Assembly (NCBI GenBank): GCA_012295275.1
Contig: CM022673.1
Coordinates: 27,218,001 to 27,282,000, forward strand
DNA from: Chrysomallon squamiferum
Lineage: Eukaryota > Animalia > Mollusca
Length of the DNA: 64,000 nt
Direction: 5' to 3'
Shown: positions 41,101 through 55,773 of the stretch, one piece after another
Position numbering within the stretch: position 1 is the first letter of the stretch
How the letters are laid out: the number at the start of each line of letters is the position of its first letter
Made by a program: the position numbers and the translations under genes
The notes under the pieces: generated by a model
What the model was told of the DNA's origin: nothing
The model's database searches: none
What the model saw: the letters and a program-made list of their open reading frames with translations, nothing else

Positions 41101-42580
41101 ATATATTTTATCTACTTCATCTTCAGTATTAAATAATAATATCATTGGTATTTTTTATCAGATGATATAGTTTCTGCCTTTCTAAATAATATTAATTAGC
41201 AGGGGTTTTTTTTGGAGGTGAAAAGATTTAATCATCTGTTTTATTATTATTTTAATTTGTAGCCTGGTGATCCTTATGGAAGACCTCCACCTGCAGCTTA
41301 CCCTCCTTCAGATCCTTATGGCAGACCAGCAGAGAGGTACATACTTATTTAATATAAAAAAAAAATAAAAAAAATAAGAAATAGAATCTTAATTTCTAAA
41401 ACTATTTCCATTTAAAGATCACATTTAAAAAAAAAAAAATCTTTCAGACATGAGCCACCACCCCCTGCCCTCAGCGAGCAAGAGTTTGAAGAAATATTTC
41501 AGCGAAATAAAACTGTGTCCAGCAGTGCTATCAACCGGGCAGTGCAAGATGCCAGTGCAGGTGAATAAAGTGACATACTCATGTCAAATGTTATTTGTAA
41601 ACTTCATTAATACTCATCCAAATTAAAGCAGAATTAACAACTATGGAACTTAACTGCTACCTGATATATTTTTTGTATTATTTAGAAGCTAAAATTCATC
41701 TTGAGAAATCATACTGTTCTAATTGAAATGGATATGACTTGAATTCTGATCCTGATTTGTCAGAGAACACACACATAAATATCATTGTTTAAATTTGACA
41801 AAGGTGTGTAATTTATAACTGTTAGAGTTCAAAATGGATTAGTTGATTTATTTCATTTTCAGCCGATTTTGCCAGCGCTATTGAGACACTGGTGACAGCT
41901 ATATCTTTAATCAAGCAGTCCAAGATAGCTGGCGATGATCGGTGCAAGATTTTAATCAGCTCACTTCAGGATACACTTCATGGCATTGAAGAGAAATCCT
42001 ACGGTTCCAAGTATGTGACAAAATTTTCAGAAATTAATATCTTTGACAGTAAAGTATCAAGTACTTAAACACAACTGCAAATCTGCTGTTTAACATTTAC
42101 ATGTAGTTTCTCTAGCTCTTATTCTTAAATATTTGTGTTTTTGATTATAACAGTTATTATTTAGTTATTTGTTTGGGGTCATTATTAGGTGGGGTAAAAA
42201 AAAAAAACCCACTAAAGAGATGATGAAATATAATTTGGATATTCAGAAAAAACAAAACATAGTAGAGTTATCCTCCCTTGATGCAGCTATTGGAGCAGAT
42301 GGTCAAAAAATGATATTTTATTTTTGGTGTTGTTGTTGTTGTTGTCAGGAGTTCCAGCAGTCGCCGCTCACGCTCACGGTCAAGGGATCGAGACCGAGAA
42401 CGGGAAAAACGAAGTCGCCATCGATCCAGAAGTCGAGATCGTGACTACGAGCGAAATCGAGAGAGGGAGAGGCACTACGAGGAGCGACACCGGTCAGACC
42501 GAGGGGACAGGAGTGAGAGGGAGCGAGAGAGAAGTGAGAGGGAGTATGCTGGCAGTAGCAGCAGCAGTCGCAGGCATTGA
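30511..42580 (+). CDS. CPSF6: Cleavage and polyadenylation specificity factor 6 (CFIm68; CPSF6/7 family), 567 aa (580 with microexon)
   Basis: Exons 30511-30567, 31881-31958, 32304-32411, 33225-33328, 33640-33815, 34221-34403, 34860-34957, 35650-35755, [38092-38130], 40352-40423, 40770-40924, 41263-41336, 41448-41560, 41863-42010, 42349-42580, all in phase. Diagnostic sequence: [35 protein letters not shown]...[15 protein letters not shown], Pro-rich region with [55 protein letters not shown]...[19 protein letters not shown], and an RS/RE tail. Confidence 0.96.
35328..35614. repeat. About 70-bp tandem repeat x4 in the CPSF6 intron preceding exon 8
   Basis: Units start near 35328, 35400, 35469 and 35543: tacttaattacatttgtttattgaaa...ccttcattgtcatgtatttgtactgttgaa. 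Confidence 0.9.
36202..36307 (+). other. Duplicated copy of the CPSF6 exon-8 acceptor plus first 11 codons, ending in TGA (pseudo-exon)
   Basis: 36202-36304 nearly repeats 35580-35682 (gttgaactggtatttcataattgtcatcatactatcctttag|cctcrcctaggaccaggtycccctcctccaata), followed by tga. Confidence 0.88.
38092..38130 (+). CDS. CPSF6: 39-nt symmetric (phase 1-1) cassette microexon of CPSF6 ([13 protein letters not shown])
   Basis: Long polypyrimidine tract plus ctag acceptor, perfect gtaagt donor, frame-preserving, Pro/Gly-rich peptide matching its neighbours. Confidence 0.7.
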
Positions 42581-44082
42581 ATCCTCGATTTTTACAGGTA
42601 CGATTATCACAACTGTTACAGGTAGGTTTGCATATCTGTCAGCACACAAATACATAAATTGTATAAAAGATTATTTTTTTTTTTTTTTTTAATGACTATA
42701 CTTTAAAAGAAGAAAAAAAAATAAAGCTTTTGTTTTTAATCACTATTTCAGTTCTTAAAACTGGTTATGGTTTTCATTTTTTAATTTTTTATAGTTAATT
42801 TATAAAGTAACTGTTTTGTTTTAGTAAGTTTTATATTTATTTAATATTTTAAAAAAGAAAGAAAATGGTTTTATTTTTTATAATTTAATACTTTTACTTT
42901 CTTTCAGATTTCGATCTAAAATTATTTATTATTTTTTTAAACATTTTTTTGGCCAAATTTCTAAATATATAAATTTTGTTTGGATGAATTAATTTTGTGG
43001 AAATTTTTTGTTAAATCTTTTTAGCCAGAAATTATTATTATTATTATTGTTATTGTTACTGTTTATTTATTCTTCTAAAAATTATTATTTCTTTTTTATT
43101 TATTCATTTTAATTAATGTATATTTATTATTTATTTTTACATTTTAAATAATACATATTTTTCCTTTTAATGACTTTAAGATTTTCAGCTAATTATTTTT
43201 ATTGTTATTGTTATTATTATTTTATTACTATTAATGGGGGGTTTTTTTTTTTTTTTTTTTTTTTTTATACTTAAAAATGTAAATTCCTTTTAATTACAAT
43301 TTAATTTTTTTTTTTTTTTTTTTTTTTTTTTCATGTTAATTATAAACATGGCTGCAATAATCTTTTGGCTATTTTATAAATTAATGATTTTATAATAACA
43401 ATACAGCAAAATAAACATTTATTTCATTTATATATATGTATATATATATATAAATAAATGAAATAAATGTTTATTTTATTTAACATCACTAGGAATATTT
43501 TACTTAATATGAAATGGGAGAGAAAAAAGGATTTTGTTGTAAAATTTGGGGGTTGAGTTTTTTTCTAAAATCACATTGAGTAAATAAAATAATAATAAAG
43601 AAATATGATTGCAGGATTTTTTTTTTTTTTTTTTTTTTTTTTTGACTGATTGTTACGAACAGAAATTCAACTGGATTCTGTTTGTCTGTAAATATTATTA
43701 ATATTATTTGCAGAACTCAGTTGATTTTCAAGCCTGAAATTGGTTATCATTGCTCAATTTTGGGGAAAACTGAAGTATTTTGAAAATTATTTTGTGGTAT
43801 TTTGTTGGGTTATTATTATTATTATTATTATTTATGTTTTGTTTTTTTTGGTCTTGTTTGTATGTTTATGAGGTTTTGAAAATATTCTCATTATTCATCT
43901 CTTATGTATTCTGTGAGAACATCAGGTCATTTCCATGTCAACTTTATGTTCTTTTATACAACGCTAGCAGTGTTTACAATTTCAATAACATCTTAGGAAT
44001 TACTCCCATGAATGTGATAAAGTTGACCTGAAATGACTCGATTAGAATATTGTTTGGCTTGTATTTTCTTTTTTTTTTATAA

Positions 44083-44127
44083 TGTGTGTGTGTATGTATA
44101 TATATGTATAATGTATATATGTATATA

Positions 44128-44189
<62 letters not shown>

Positions 44190-44265
44190 GTATATATGTA
44201 TGTGTGTGTGTGTATATGTATATAGATATATATGTATGTATATATGTATATATATATGTATATAT
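44083..44265. repeat. Compound (TG)/(TA)n microsatellite
   Basis: Direct reading. Confidence 0.9.
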
Positions 44266-46344
44266 TTTTTAATGGTGTTGATCATATGTGTAAAATTTTA
44301 TTATTTTATTTTATTTTTAAAATATATAGTTGATAAAATGTGGCTTTCTCCACAAAAGGATTGTTAAATATATTAAATGTAAATTTTCAAAGGATTTTGC
44401 ACACAAATGTATTCATGAAAATAGTGAGAGGAAAAAATTTCTCTCTCTAAATGTTGTTTTTGTTAAATCAAAGATTTAAATGAAACAGCTTTATCATTTA
44501 AAAGTTATCATCATCAACATCATAATGGAAATTGAAATTTACAAGAAAATACAAGTAACTGAACTATTAATATGTTTAAAAAAAAATCTGAAGAAAAATA
44601 TGTTCATACCTACTGTTTGTATGCACACATTAAACGAAAGTACTAATTGTTTTTGTATGTAAAATTGTGTGAGATAATTGACTTTTTTTTTTTTTTTTTT
44701 CATTCTTTGAAATTATTTTCACTCATTTATAATGTGTGCAGTTAGTACTGTATGCTTTAACCAGAATATTACTGAATACATTAATGAAAACCTTGTATTT
44801 CATATGTTGAAGCTTGATAACATACTGTGTGAGTTTTAAATGTAATTAACTGAATTTGATACCCCCCCAAAAAGAATTTCATTTTTGTTTTCAAAAATAA
44901 TAAAAATGTAAAGTGAGAAGTTTGTTTTAGGATACAAAATGTTAAATTTAAAGTTATCAACATGTTATACATGTATAAGAAAGCTGTTTTTTTTTAAATT
45001 TTGAAAATGTTTATTATTAATAAATGTTTGACACATCAAAATCATGCACTTAAGAGATTCTTATTAAAGCTAAGGTTTTTAAAACTATATTACCATAGTG
45101 TTAATGATGCTTGTATAGAAATTTATTTTTGATAAAGTAAATTATTATTACACTCATACAGTTTATTAGTTTCTGAATGAAATTTGACAAAAACAGATTA
45201 ATTTAGCTTTTTAAGATGTATTGTACTAATATGATAACATAAATTAAACTGAACAGGTTTTAATAGAAACATTATTTGGCTTGAAGGTATGTACTCAGGA
45301 ATTGAATATCTAGGAAAATATTAGAGATTTTTTTTTTTTTCATTTAAAAGTTTCAGGTTTAATGTAGAAAACTGGTGTTTTAAACTAAAAATAACAAACC
45401 TGTATTAAAAAAGGAAGAATGTTAATCCGATATGCATTAATTATAAAATAATTTTTTATATATATGGTATGATAGTTCGTGAATTATGAAGTTAACTGTG
45501 TTATGTCTTCAATGTTTAATATTAATTTTATTTGTTTTTCCACATAAAAACATATTTCTATTTTCTTTTAGGTTATATAACCTTTGACCTTCAATGTCCA
45601 TTGTGATTGCATCTAGTGTACTAGGCTACCATAGCTATTTGACTGTATCCATTTCGTTTATTGTAATTGTGAAATGTACATTAATTACTTCACCGTTGGA
45701 TTTTTGACCTTCTGAAATAAAATCAGCTTGGACATGATCAGCTGACGGATAACTGGATCAAGTTGGGACAAGGAAAGCGCTTCATCACCGAATCGGTTTT
45801 ACAGTTCGTCAAAATGAATTTTACAACGTTCTTCAAGTTATTTGCCTCATGGATCATTGCGGATTTTTCATCATGCTTTTTTAAATCTTTGAAAGCATTT
45901 GTTTTTGTTTGCTTTTTTTTTAAATGTTTTTCTTATTTTTTAATTTTTTTTTTTAAATTCATTTCACATATTTTTTATATATTTTTTTTTATTATTATTA
46001 TTTTATTTTTTTAATCATCAGTGTATGGTAAATAAAAAAGTTCTTAATCACCCAGTTTTGTCAATTGTTTTTTATTTTCAGCATGTTTTGTTACAAGGTC
46101 AAAGGTTATTTTCAAATAACATTAGATTTACTGTTTGTGAGGGTAAATGTAACTTGTATGTATGTATTAGACTTCATAAAATCAATAGCTGTTTTTATTT
46201 CAGGGTAAATCTTAAATTACATTTTAAATGTTGAAAGATACTTCACAAATTTTGTTTTGAAAGTTTGCATTGTATAAGAGTTCATTAAACTGAATTATAA
46301 ATTCTGTCCTTTTTACATTCTTTCAGTGACTCTCTCTCTCACTC

Positions 46345-46378
<34 letters not shown>

Positions 46379-49300
46379 GCTTTCTCACACACCTAAACAT
46401 ATCTAATAAATGATTTATGTAAATTTATGTAATTATGTGCCAGAATTGTACTTACAAAAAGTTGTTTGGTTTGTTGGTTCATGATTTTAGTTTTGTATAA
46501 ATATTAAACCATTAAAAGTCACTGGTATTATTAACAAGCTATATGAACTGTAGGCTATGAAATTAATTTTAAAATTTTGAATGAAATGTTCTAATTTTAA
46601 TACTACCAAAAAGTTTTGGTATGTCATTTATTCAGTTCCTTTTGTTACCTGTACTCTTTTCAGATAATTCCATTTTTAAACATTTAAAATGAAGGTTTTT
46701 AAAGAATATTTTTCATATTTATTATTTTGGTGATGTAAATGCATTGTTTGTTGTTTATCATTAACAAAATTAGAACTTTTCAGTTAATGTCTCTACTCCT
46801 TTGTTTTTGTAATTTATATTTCAGCCTTTTTTTTTTTTTTTTGTCTGTAACTTAAATGTTGCACATTTTATATATATATAAAAATAATAATAATAATAAT
46901 AATATAATAATAATATAGACATGTCACAGTATTTGTTACAAAATATTAAAAAAATGAAAGTTTCTTAATCTTTCCAAATATTGATGGTCTAAATGATATA
47001 TACATATAATGATAGATTAATGTGTGTGTGTGTGTGTGTGTGTGTGTGGATATATATATATTACAGCAATTACGTTGTGAACCTAAAAATAGAATGAATG
47101 TTTCTCCATTTCTGAATATGAATGAATGGTTTTTAAGTGCCAAACAGATGTAAGTTTATTTGTGTAATGGCTGTTAGCAGTTGCTTTTCCAGTGGATCAT
47201 TCCACGTTCATTAATCAACAAGTGCTAATGTACTGCTGAGATATAAAATTACTGATATGACTGAATCCCTCTGAACATAATGTAATAAATAAAATGAATA
47301 ATAATTTAAAAAATCAAGGTTCATAAATTCATATGATTTATTACCAATAAAAAATATTGCAAATAATCATGTTGACATTTAATGGTAAGTGTGCATAAAG
47401 CAGTTAAAAATGTTTTGTTTGTATTGTTAATACTTTCATATTTAATGTAGCATTGAAAGGTATGAGTGTATGAAACTGTGAGAATGTTACTAAAATTGTT
47501 TCATTTTTGATTTACTTCGTTTATGAAATCTTTAAAGACTGCACTGAAACCAAACGATTTATTACAGTTGTTTAGTAAATTAACAAATAGTATGTTAAAA
47601 ATATTTCTTACTCATCTACGGGTTGTTACACATTTTTGTTATTTTTGTTTGTTGCTGATTTGTTCAAATATTTTGAGGTTCTGCATGCTTTTAATTAAGG
47701 GTGGTTATAACCGAGTTAAATTTGTTTTTGTTTGTCTTTCACTGTAAATAGGTTTTATATATATACTTGCTCATTAATCTGTAGTTCGAGCTCATGTAAC
47801 AAATTTTAAATATTTCATTTTTTGTTCTAATTATTATTATTATTATTTTCAATGTTTTGATAACTAGAATTAATACTTTTAAGACAAAATGAACAAAGTA
47901 GTATATTATTTCATGAAAATGGCAAATAATGATACAGAAGTGACATACACATGCACATGCATAAGCATATAGAAATATTAAACAAAAAACTATAAAACAA
48001 TGCTTATGAAGAAGGTATCAATTCAAATTAAATTGTTCATTGGCTGTTCTATTTTAAGAGTAAAATATATTATAATTTTAGTACAAAAAATTGTATATTA
48101 AGATACAGCAACATATATTTAAACAACTTGTACAGTACTATTAATGAAAAAAAAAATAGTTGTACCTTAAATTGATATTTCTGAATTGTGTTTTTAGACT
48201 CAGATTTTATATACATATGGTTAATACTTTTTTGTAACATGTTTACAATATTTTTACATAATTATGATTAATTAAGAGTTCAAAAATAGTAATGTAATTA
48301 TTGTTTTGTTTAATTGTGTGTGTTTGTTTTTTAAAAATGTTTGAACTGGAACAAAGAAAAATTAATCGTAATTTCTTAGGTTTTAGGCATTCCATTACCA
48401 TGCATTCTTTAATCCATAGAAATGTCTTTCACATACTTTTTATTTCTCTCTCTCTCTCTCTCTGACACACACTCACACACCAATAATAATAACAAATATA
48501 AACTAAATATATATATATTTAAAAGTAAATAACCATGCCTAAATGAGTACACACAGCACAATGTAAAATTACTGTTTTTGTTATACAGATGTAATTAGTG
48601 TTACAACTGTTAAGCTTCAAGAATATCATAGGTGTCTTTTATGCCTGTGTTCTTATGGCTGGCATGAAAAATTGAAGTGTGGTCATATTTTTAAATATTC
48701 CTATTTGACAATGTTATTCCTTTTTCTCTTCTTCACAAATTATGTCCATATTGACAACTGACTAGTTGTTGACTTAAAATTATCATTGCTTGATTGATTG
48801 CAAGTAACCTGGTATTTAGACAGCATTAATTAAATTAGACATTTTGACATTCAGCTATAATGAAATCACATGGTTAAAACTGGTGAATTTAATATTTAAA
48901 TAATGTTAGATTTCCCCAAAAGATATAAAATCGACTTTTCCCTTTAGATATGTGGGATTATAGTCCTGCATGGGTTTTTTTCAGTTATTAAAACTGGAAA
49001 TCTGTTGTCGGTTTTTGAAACCACTGTATCTTTAGTTCCTCTTTGTTATTATTATTTTAAGATATATTTATTTGGATAATAATTGAACAAATAGGATTTT
49101 TTAAAATATTATTATTATTTAAATGTAAAAATAAATAAGTGAATTTTTTTTTTGTGAGAATTAATAATAGATCTGAAATATACATGTGTGTAAATATATA
49201 TAAAAATTTAAAACCTTTTTTTTATAAATTGTTATTTGTAATGTTCAAATCTGAAATATGTCAGTAGTTCTCCATTAATTGATTAAAATTAAAATAAGAA

Positions 49301-50042
49301 GAAATAGTAATAATTAAAGAAAAAATCATCTTCATAGCGAATATAATTTTCACTAAAAAAAGAAATCACAGAAATGAAATTTAGAGTCAGAAATATATTT
49401 TTTGTAAATATATGTAAAATATCCAAATAATTAAAATGGTGGTTTAACTGAAATTATATTAGGGATGGAGAATGTACAACTTTATTTGGTTTCATTTTTA
49501 TAATGCAAAATGTGATATTTTTTTTTTTAAATATTTTTTTAATTATGGTATTTTTATAGTAATTGTATTTCACATCTGTTCACGCTGATGTCTGTATGCA
49601 TATTGTTTTTGACATCATGCTGTGTGTTTGTTTGTTTTTTTAGTCCTAATTTTAAATCTAGTCCAAAATACTTGATTATCTGTTAATATCTAACTTGATG
49701 TAATTTTAAAATTGTAAAGTTAGTGTATTTTTTAATATGAGTTTCATTTATAGTCTTCAGTACATAATTTCTGTAATTCTTACTAACAAAATGATAAAAA
49801 TAAATTCAGAATGAATAAGTCAAAACCTTAAACAAAAACAAAAAACGACACGTGCACATACTGTTTGTCAACTATTACAAACATTAATACACCAGTGGAT
49901 GTTTTATAGTAACTAGTTTCTCAAAGTATTTTGAAAAAAAGATATATACATTCCTAAATAATGGAAAGGTTAACAACTACACACCTTTCGTTTGATGATC
50001 AGTTTAATTTTAATATTTAATATTAAGAGAAAACCAATAAAT

Positions 50043-50083
<41 letters not shown>

Positions 50084-50606
50084 TAAAAAATGCATATAAA
50101 TGAAGCCATCAAACTTTATTTATTTTATTTTTATTTTTATTATTTTTTTGTGGGAGGTTAGACAAAATTATTTGCATAATTTTAACTGATTACACAAAAA
50201 TAAATGTATTATTCAGTTTTGACAGCAATATGAGTATCTTCTGTTGACAAAAATTTATTATTTCTACTGCATTGTCTGTTATCGCATTGACATATTTTAG
50301 GTTGACAAAAGGGTTAAAATAGCTGTTCGTTAATTTTTTTTATTATTATTATTTATTTTTTTTTTAAATAATAAAATCAAATAGTAATGGTTACCTTGAT
50401 AATTAAGTAACGAACTCAATGAAACATTTTCAGTAGAAATGACAACTGCGGTATGCTAACTTAAATAAAAAAGATGGCGGATTTATTATTACTATTAATA
50501 GTATTATTAACTCACACATGTAATTGTGTTGCGAAAATAATATGAAATGTGTATGACAGTTCATGAAAAATATAAGTATACATTTCACATCCCAATAAAA
50601 TTAAAT

Positions 50607-50842
50607 GAAATATTCAGGCCAAGAAGATCATAATGTCTTACATATAGGTAATCCCTTTTAAAGCCTTTTGTTACCATTTTCTTAAATACTGTAATTATGT
50701 CCCCTTACACGTGTAGTCACGCGATACACCAAAAACAAAACGATGCGAGAGAGACTGCAGACGACATGTGAGATTTTATATGGAGCTAATTATATATGAG
50801 TTGATACTAACATGAGCACAGATATTTATTTTTTATTTATTA

Positions 50843-50892
<50 letters not shown>

Positions 50893-51054
50893 CGAATAAC
50901 TTTTGCAGTGTATTGTAATTTCCGGCCGATTTTCGGTCGGCCAAAAAGAAAGAAAAATTAGGGGCTTTTCTTTTATTTATTATTTAAATTACTAATTGGG
51001 TGCACCGGATTGGTATTTTGTGAAAACAAGTCATGAAGTTGGCCTGAATATTTC
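50607..51054. mobile_element. MITE-like element bounded by a 16-bp perfect inverted repeat
   Basis: gaaatattcaggccaa (50607-50622) and ttggcctgaatatttc (51039-51054), with degenerate complementarity continuing outward. Internal GC hairpin ggccgat-tttcg-gtcggcc (50924-50942) and an (ATT)n tract. Confidence 0.55.
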
Positions 51055-51299
51055 TTTAACTACAGTTGTGTTGCACTTCATATATTTGTATATCACGAAA
51101 TCAGTGATAATCGAGTTTATAGTTGTATTTCGTCTGATTGTTTTATACTAGATTTTAAATCTTAGCCTCATGCTAGATATTTCTCTTACTTCTATGTGAT
51201 AAATAGTAGATTTGCATTCTAAAATATTATGGTTTAAACATTTAAATAATGAGCACATATTTTCGTTTCTTTTATTATCTTCATACACTAGAAAGTATG

Positions 51300-51341
<42 letters not shown>

Positions 51342-52757
51342 TTTATTTAGTTATTTAGTTATTATTTGTTACATTTGGTATTATCTTACACATACATTAA
51401 TCACTGTTTGCTTATGTTTAGAAATATCTGTCCATAGTTTCTTTTGGTTTTAAGATATCAAACTTCTAAAATGTGTTGGATAATTCCGATTTCTGTATGT
51501 ATGTAATATTATACGTTCTTTGCTCTCGTGGCACAATGTAGTTTCTATCTTTATATTGTGTTTAGATGGCAAAGAACAAAGTAATTGTAATATTTTCACA
51601 ATCATCAAACTTTAAAAAAAAAAAAATATATATATATATATTATGTTCCTATCTCCTTTAAAGCAGTGCTTCTTAATAAAAGAAGGGAGAGTGGGATAAA
51701 ACAAATGAAAAAGAAGGATGGGCGGTAAATTTAATTGCGTTTAAATAAAAATTTGTTATAGACTCGAGGGTGAATGGCACTGAAATAATTTAAGAAGCAC
51801 TGTTTAACAAATTATAGTGCTTATAAAGCATTAAAGGTACGGTTTTCTTACCTTGTTTATTCACGATATTTTGTTACTTTCTGTCCAAACATACGAATAT
51901 ACTCCATCTTCTGTTGTATCATTAATTTGTAATTATTTCATATCAAGCACTTTTTAAGAAATTTGTTTTATTTGTTTATTTTATTATTAATATTATTATT
52001 ATTATTATTTTCTTTTTACTTTTTTGGTTTTTTGCTGTAATTTTTTTTAAATATATTATTTTTAAATCTGCCTTTTATTTCAGCTTAATTATAAAGATTT
52101 TTTTTCAGATATCCTTCCCAAGCTATTCAGGGATTTTATTTACACTGGATTATTTCCAATTAATATTGCTTTCTGTAACTTTAAAGGAAGTTATATTGTA
52201 ACTATTTTACAGAAATGGAAATAGGCGCGCGCTTTTTAGTTGTATGTATGTCTGATTCTCTGTGTGTGTGTCTGGTTAGACAAAGAGTCGATGAACATAC
52301 GGTTATTCAGAACTATTTTTTAATGTGTGTTTTCGAAGTAAATAAAAAAAAAAAAATTTCCGATTTAATACTTGTGTATGTTCAGAAATGTATTAAAATT
52401 TCAGAATGTACAATTCTACACGTAACACTATCAATGCTATATCGTTATAGTTTCATCATTTGTTCGTGTGTTTGTCGGACAGAGACGACGAGGATATGTT
52501 ATTAGAGTAATTCAGTGTATTTAGTATTGCAGTTACTGTAATAACAAAATGGTGTTTTCCATCTGTCCTGACTGGTTTCGTGTTTGTGTTTTAATTTACG
52601 AGTTACTTTAACAGTAGTTTAATAACCTTTCCAAAAAAAACGAAATATTTTTACATGGCTATTTCATGTAAATGTACATTAATTTTGTGTGTATTTATCT
52701 TTAATATAGTTTTACATCACAGTTGTAAACTGCACTTACAAACATTTATTTTAGATA

Positions 52758-52800
<43 letters not shown>

Positions 52801-55773
52801 TATTGCCAGAATATCGACAACACAGGATGTTTTGTTACTGAATCAGAATATATGAATATTTAATGAGTGTGTGTGTGTATGTTTGTGTGTGATAAAAATA
52901 AATTTTTGTGGGAGTCAGTAACCAAATGGATTAAAATGAAACTGTATTTAGAAACAGATGTACTTCCAGTAAAGTCCTCTTTGTGAAATGTACCTTGCAT
53001 AGACTGTAATATACTGACGTCAGTGATGATATATATTTATTTAATTACTTTGAAATGTATGCAAACCAAGTGTTTTATAACGCAAGGAATTCAGTAGTCT
53101 CTATCTCAGAACAATTTACGTGCTGATTAAATCTTGACGTAATTTTTATCATGTTACGTTCATGACATTTCATTGTGTGAATTTGTTACCATTTGTAATT
53201 GAAACGGAGTTTCATTCAGACTACGACATTATAGCTGTCAGTTTAGTTCTTGAGTTCGTGTACATGAAATAACATTACTGTATGTGTGTAAGTTATAGCA
53301 GAGGCAACCGAGAAAAACAAACGAGACAGGTAAGTATCGAAATTTCAGATGAAACGAACAATTCAGGGCGTTTCTTATTTACCCGAAATGTTACAGGAGA
53401 CAGACACGCTGAAAGGTAAAATAGCAGTTCATTAAGAAAATAAGATCAGCTAACCTCTACATGTGTGTACAAAAATGTATGTTTTATTATCAAACTTGTT
53501 TTCAAATAACTGAAAGGATGGGAGTATCTATCGTGGTGTTTATTTGTAAGAATGTTGGAAAGGACGAATTGAACAAACGTAAAATTAGTTCCACAACAGA
53601 ATTTTGGTAAATGTGGTTTAGCTGATCTTTTTTCGCATTGTGTATTGATAACTATATACCCATTTATTTGTGAATTTAAAAACATAAAGTCAATAATTAC
53701 CATTTGAATCATTTTTGTACATTTATATTCATGTGGCATGTTTTCTAGAAAATTCAGTATACAGTGTATTTGTTTTAAACTGTTTATTTATTATAAAGCA
53801 ATATGAACATAAATGAAGGAAATCTGTGATAACTTGGATTGTAAAATTTTCTTACACCCTAGATATTCTTACAAGTATGGAACATTCTTCCGTGAAAATA
53901 AAAATGTAGATTCATACACCGCAGTAATATATGAATGACAGTAAACAATTAAGTTAAGATGCTGCAATTTTAGAATAGCTTTAATGATACGTATTTAATA
54001 TTATTGTACCTGCAGATAAATGGCCTAAATATATTTCATGTATATTTTTTATTTGTAATTCAGGATCAGCCTTTGGTAATGAAAAAGAAAACCACCATTT
54101 TCTCCGTTTAGTAAAGTGGTAACATAATTTCAAAAAATTAAAATTTTTGTTTTTTTGTTGTATGAAACAAATGTTCCTATTCGGTCGTCATGATCAGTAT
54201 ATGTATTAAGTTCATTTCAGATGTCATTTATTTTGTATTTATTTTATTTATTTATTTATAAAAGTGAAAAAAATGTGAATGTGTGATTATGGCCTACGTG
54301 AAATTTATTTAGACCATTTGTTCGTAGCATAAAAGGTGCATTATTTCCACGCTTTGAACTTGAGTGAAAAAGAAAATACAGGTGATTGACTGATGGATTG
54401 TATCTGGATTGTTTCCTCTGAAGAATTAGTGGAATTGTCATCCGGACTGCAGAGTTAATTAATATGTTTATAATTCTTCGTCTCAACAACACATTTAAAA
54501 AAATAAAAAAAAAATTCTCTCTAAATCTCTCTCTCTCTCTCTCTTTCTCTCTGTGAAAACAAAATTGTTTTGCTTCATTTAATTTATCAGTATTCTTTTA
54601 AAAACCTAATAAAGATAAAAAAAACAGGCTGTTGTTGTTGTGTTGTTTTGAAATAATACTGGAAATCGTCCGATTTAATCATTGTCAGTAAATCAGATTT
54701 TCGTGGAAGAAGAGGGAAGGAATTAATAATAGCTTATTTGTTTTGCATCTTCTTATGCATGCGATCCACTGTGCATTTATATATTATTGTACAATATGAA
54801 ACCGAATGAAAAATTGGGCTTTATTTTAGCTGTTGTCTGTGTGTATCACCAGCAATTAGAGCATCCACAGAAAGTAATTGTTCAAAACAGACTTGATTTT
54901 AGTCAGTTTTCCAGGCGTAATATTTTAAGTTTATTTATTTAAAAAAGAAGACGACAAAAAGGAGTGGTGTGTGGAAAGAATAAACCTGCTTTGGATAAAT
55001 AAACATTAGTTAAAATCTGCCAACATGGCAATTAACAGACAATTTATAATTCGATCTACCAGTTTAATATGTAATAAATATGCCAGAAGCTTCCTGTTAT
55101 GGCACAAAGAATTAGTAGTAAATTAAGAACATTTATAACAAAGAAATATCCACTTAGGTGGTTATGTAACCGATTCAGAATAGTTTTATTGATGAAAGGC
55201 TGAATAATATAGATCATAACTCAGTCGACACTGAAAAATAAATCCAGGCTGTCGTTCTTATTCGCTGGTCAACCAGAACCTTGTTTGCTAGCTATATTCC
55301 CGGGAAATAGCATAAAAGACAAACAGATCATCAACATGTCCTAGGTCGACTTGAGACTTGAGCTGTAGTGTGCGCCCTTGCAGGGCATCCATGGAAAAAA
55401 GGTCACTGTTTTAATATTTATATATTCCCGTCAGTCTAAAACGGTACAAGGATTGTAGGTGCTGTATTTGTCGTAATGCATGCAAACGTGCGACAACAGT
55501 AATACCAAGAGAATACTCAACACTTCAAGTGTATTTTTATATAAAAAACGTTTTATTACGCGTGCACAATGATACACTTTACAAATGTTAGTATCTAAAT
55601 ACAAGATGCAGCGCTGCGAAAAATAAGTAATAAAATATATAAAAGAAAATGAAAAGTATAAATAAACGAAACGAAACAAAAACACGAAAAAGACCTTCTG
55701 TTACACTGATGATTTGGAAATGTATTTTGGAGTTCGTGTTCACTGAAATATTATTTCTTCTGCGTTAATTTAT

